From assembly GCF_001194135.2 (NCBI RefSeq), contig NC_069000.1, positions 39,425,951-39,489,784 on the forward strand: DNA of 63,834 nucleotides. Reading direction: 5' to 3'. Shown piece after piece: positions 62,421-63,834 of this stretch (the first letter of the stretch is position 1; each line of letters starts with the position of its first letter). Under the pieces are notes generated by a model. It was not told where the DNA came from, made no database searches, and saw nothing but the letters and a program-made list of their open reading frames with translations. The DNA comes from Octopus bimaculoides. Its lineage: Eukaryota. The position numbers were made by a program, and so were the translations under genes.

Positions 62421-63320
62421 TAGACATTTGTCTTTACACCTTCTACTGCGCTGAGTTTCGATATTGCTCTTCGGACTTCGGATGATAGTAGGGCATGTAT
62501 TTCCGTTTGGACTCTTTTGAACACTGTTCACCTTAACGTTAAACATGCTTTCAACCATCTTCTACGCTGTGACACAAAAGCGCCAGTTATCTGCGGGTCT
62601 ACATCTTACAGAACACCTATTATTGTCTTTTTTTTATCTTTCGTTAACCCATATACTGGAACACAAATAAATAGTCAGAAGTATGTCTGACAATTTCAGC
62701 CTGCATCTTAATTTTGCTTGCATTTTTAGTTTTAAAGTTTCAGCCGTAGCTTTTGCCTCTTACATTTATCTCGATATGTCCTGGATGGCTTCTTGTAGTA
62801 CAAGACATGAGGGGACATTTGATCAGTATCCGTTTCCTGTAAGAAATATATAAAACATTCATACTTATCGGTTAGAGGCTTCTCACATATGTCAGAGAAA
62901 TGTTAATGAGTTGCGTAACGTATCTCTCACCTACACATTTCTTCCGTCATAGGTTCAATCGTTCTATGTGTTTATTTAGTATTCAGCGAAGCCATTTCTT
63001 TACCCAGCTGCGGCATGAATGTGTCGTAGAGATTGGAATTCTTTAAGAGTCTCTTCTATTCTTCTTGTTGATTATTTTCTTGTTACCACCCGTGTCTATC
63101 AAATGACTTATTCCAATATTTCGTGCATATTATTCTAGTGTGTGTTTGTATTAATGCATGATAAAGTGTGCTTCCCATATTGGATGCAAAAATGTGATGT
63201 GCATAAATAAAATTTTGCTTGTGAAGCAAATCGTTCTTTCGTTATCTATCAAGCAGCTCTTCTTGAAGCAACTACGCCTCTTGTTTTTCGAAGTAGTCCA
63301 AAGAAAATACCACATTGTTC
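62420..63320 (-). mobile_element. Old R4/Dong-type remnant in opposite orientation
   Basis: Broken minus motifs TSKILFMHITFLHP, GIKSFD, QEAIQ, WRFC...VESM...QK in the expected RT-thumb to zinc-knuckle order. Confidence 0.5.
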
Positions 63321-63359
63321 AAATCTAGCGCAGAAAAGAGAAAAGTGAGTTAATCTTAC

Positions 63360-63395
63360 CAGTCAATAACAGGCAAAATGACGATGATGGAAAGG
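63360..63395 (-). CDS. Candidate 36-nt phase 1-1 microexon (x)FPSSSFCLLLT(G)
   Basis: Acceptor ttttgttattgtaccaacattAG, donor CTG|GTAAGA; phase-compatible with 61248-61313. Confidence 0.25.
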
Positions 63396-63555
63396 CTAAT
63401 GTTGGTACAATAACAAAATACCAAAAATAATAATGATAATATTGGGGAGAACGCACATAACGAGAAGTTGGAGCATGACATTCATAACGATAACATTAAT
63501 AACAATTAATAATAATAAAATTAATGATAATATTTATAAAAGTAATTATATTAAC

Positions 63556-63834
63556 ATTATTATTATTATTATTATTCAGTAGTTTTATTTTTATAACGTA
63601 CTTTCACTTCACTACCGAGCGCAGCTCTGTGCGCCTTGGGTATGTGCTGTGGTTTGCTGTGGTGCTCTTATGTTTACTGTATTGAAAGTGTTTTGCGTAG
63701 AATGTGTGCAGTACCCAGTAGTGCAATTTTCTGTATGTTATATATATTTGTAAGTCCTGGTGTTTTTGTTATGTATTTGTCTGAATATTTTTTTATTATA
63801 CCTAAGGCACCTACTATGATAGGAATTGTTTCTG
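63556..63834 (-). mobile_element. Well-preserved R4/Dong-type element 3' end at (TAA)n; continues beyond the window
   Basis: Open frame 63832-63674: ETIPIIVGALGIIKKYSDKYITKTPGLTNIYNIQKIALLGTAHILRKTLSIQ*; ~97-nt 3' UTR; (TAA)7 tail at 63556-63576. Confidence 0.92.

Overview
AT-rich, repeat-dense animal genomic DNA from a short-read scaffold. It has 14 N-gaps (~6 kb) that mostly open at microsatellites, and one gap edge carries an Illumina adapter remnant. The SINE families, dense microsatellites and R4/Dong, RTE, Penelope and mariner relics look like an octopus (coleoid cephalopod) genome; this is inferred from recalled repeat families, not from a search. No prokaryotic features, CRISPR arrays, rRNA or intact tRNA genes are supported. 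Almost all entries in the ORF track are microsatellite, N-gap or SINE artefacts. The one convincing coding region is a 486-codon orphan ORF (55217-56677, +) that starts 2 nt after a splice acceptor and ends in a CC-polybasic motif. Weaker exon candidates lie at 3121 (+), 1081 (+), 61248-61313 (-) and 63360-63395 (-). The rest is about 30 copies or fragments of four tRNA-type SINE families (my own labels A-D), five R4/Dong-type pieces including a near-intact 3' end at the window edge, RTE, I/Ingi-like and Penelope RT remnants, Tc1/mariner relics including a 229-bp MITE, a Helitron-type 3' end, and three minimal hammerhead-ribozyme-like motifs. I found no demonstrably new biological system. The best leads are the orphan ORF, the hammerhead motifs, the minus-strand microexon pair, a possible recursive splice site and inverted SINE pairs (potential ADAR substrates). 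Boundaries of degenerate elements are approximate and all protein assignments come from motif recognition by eye.
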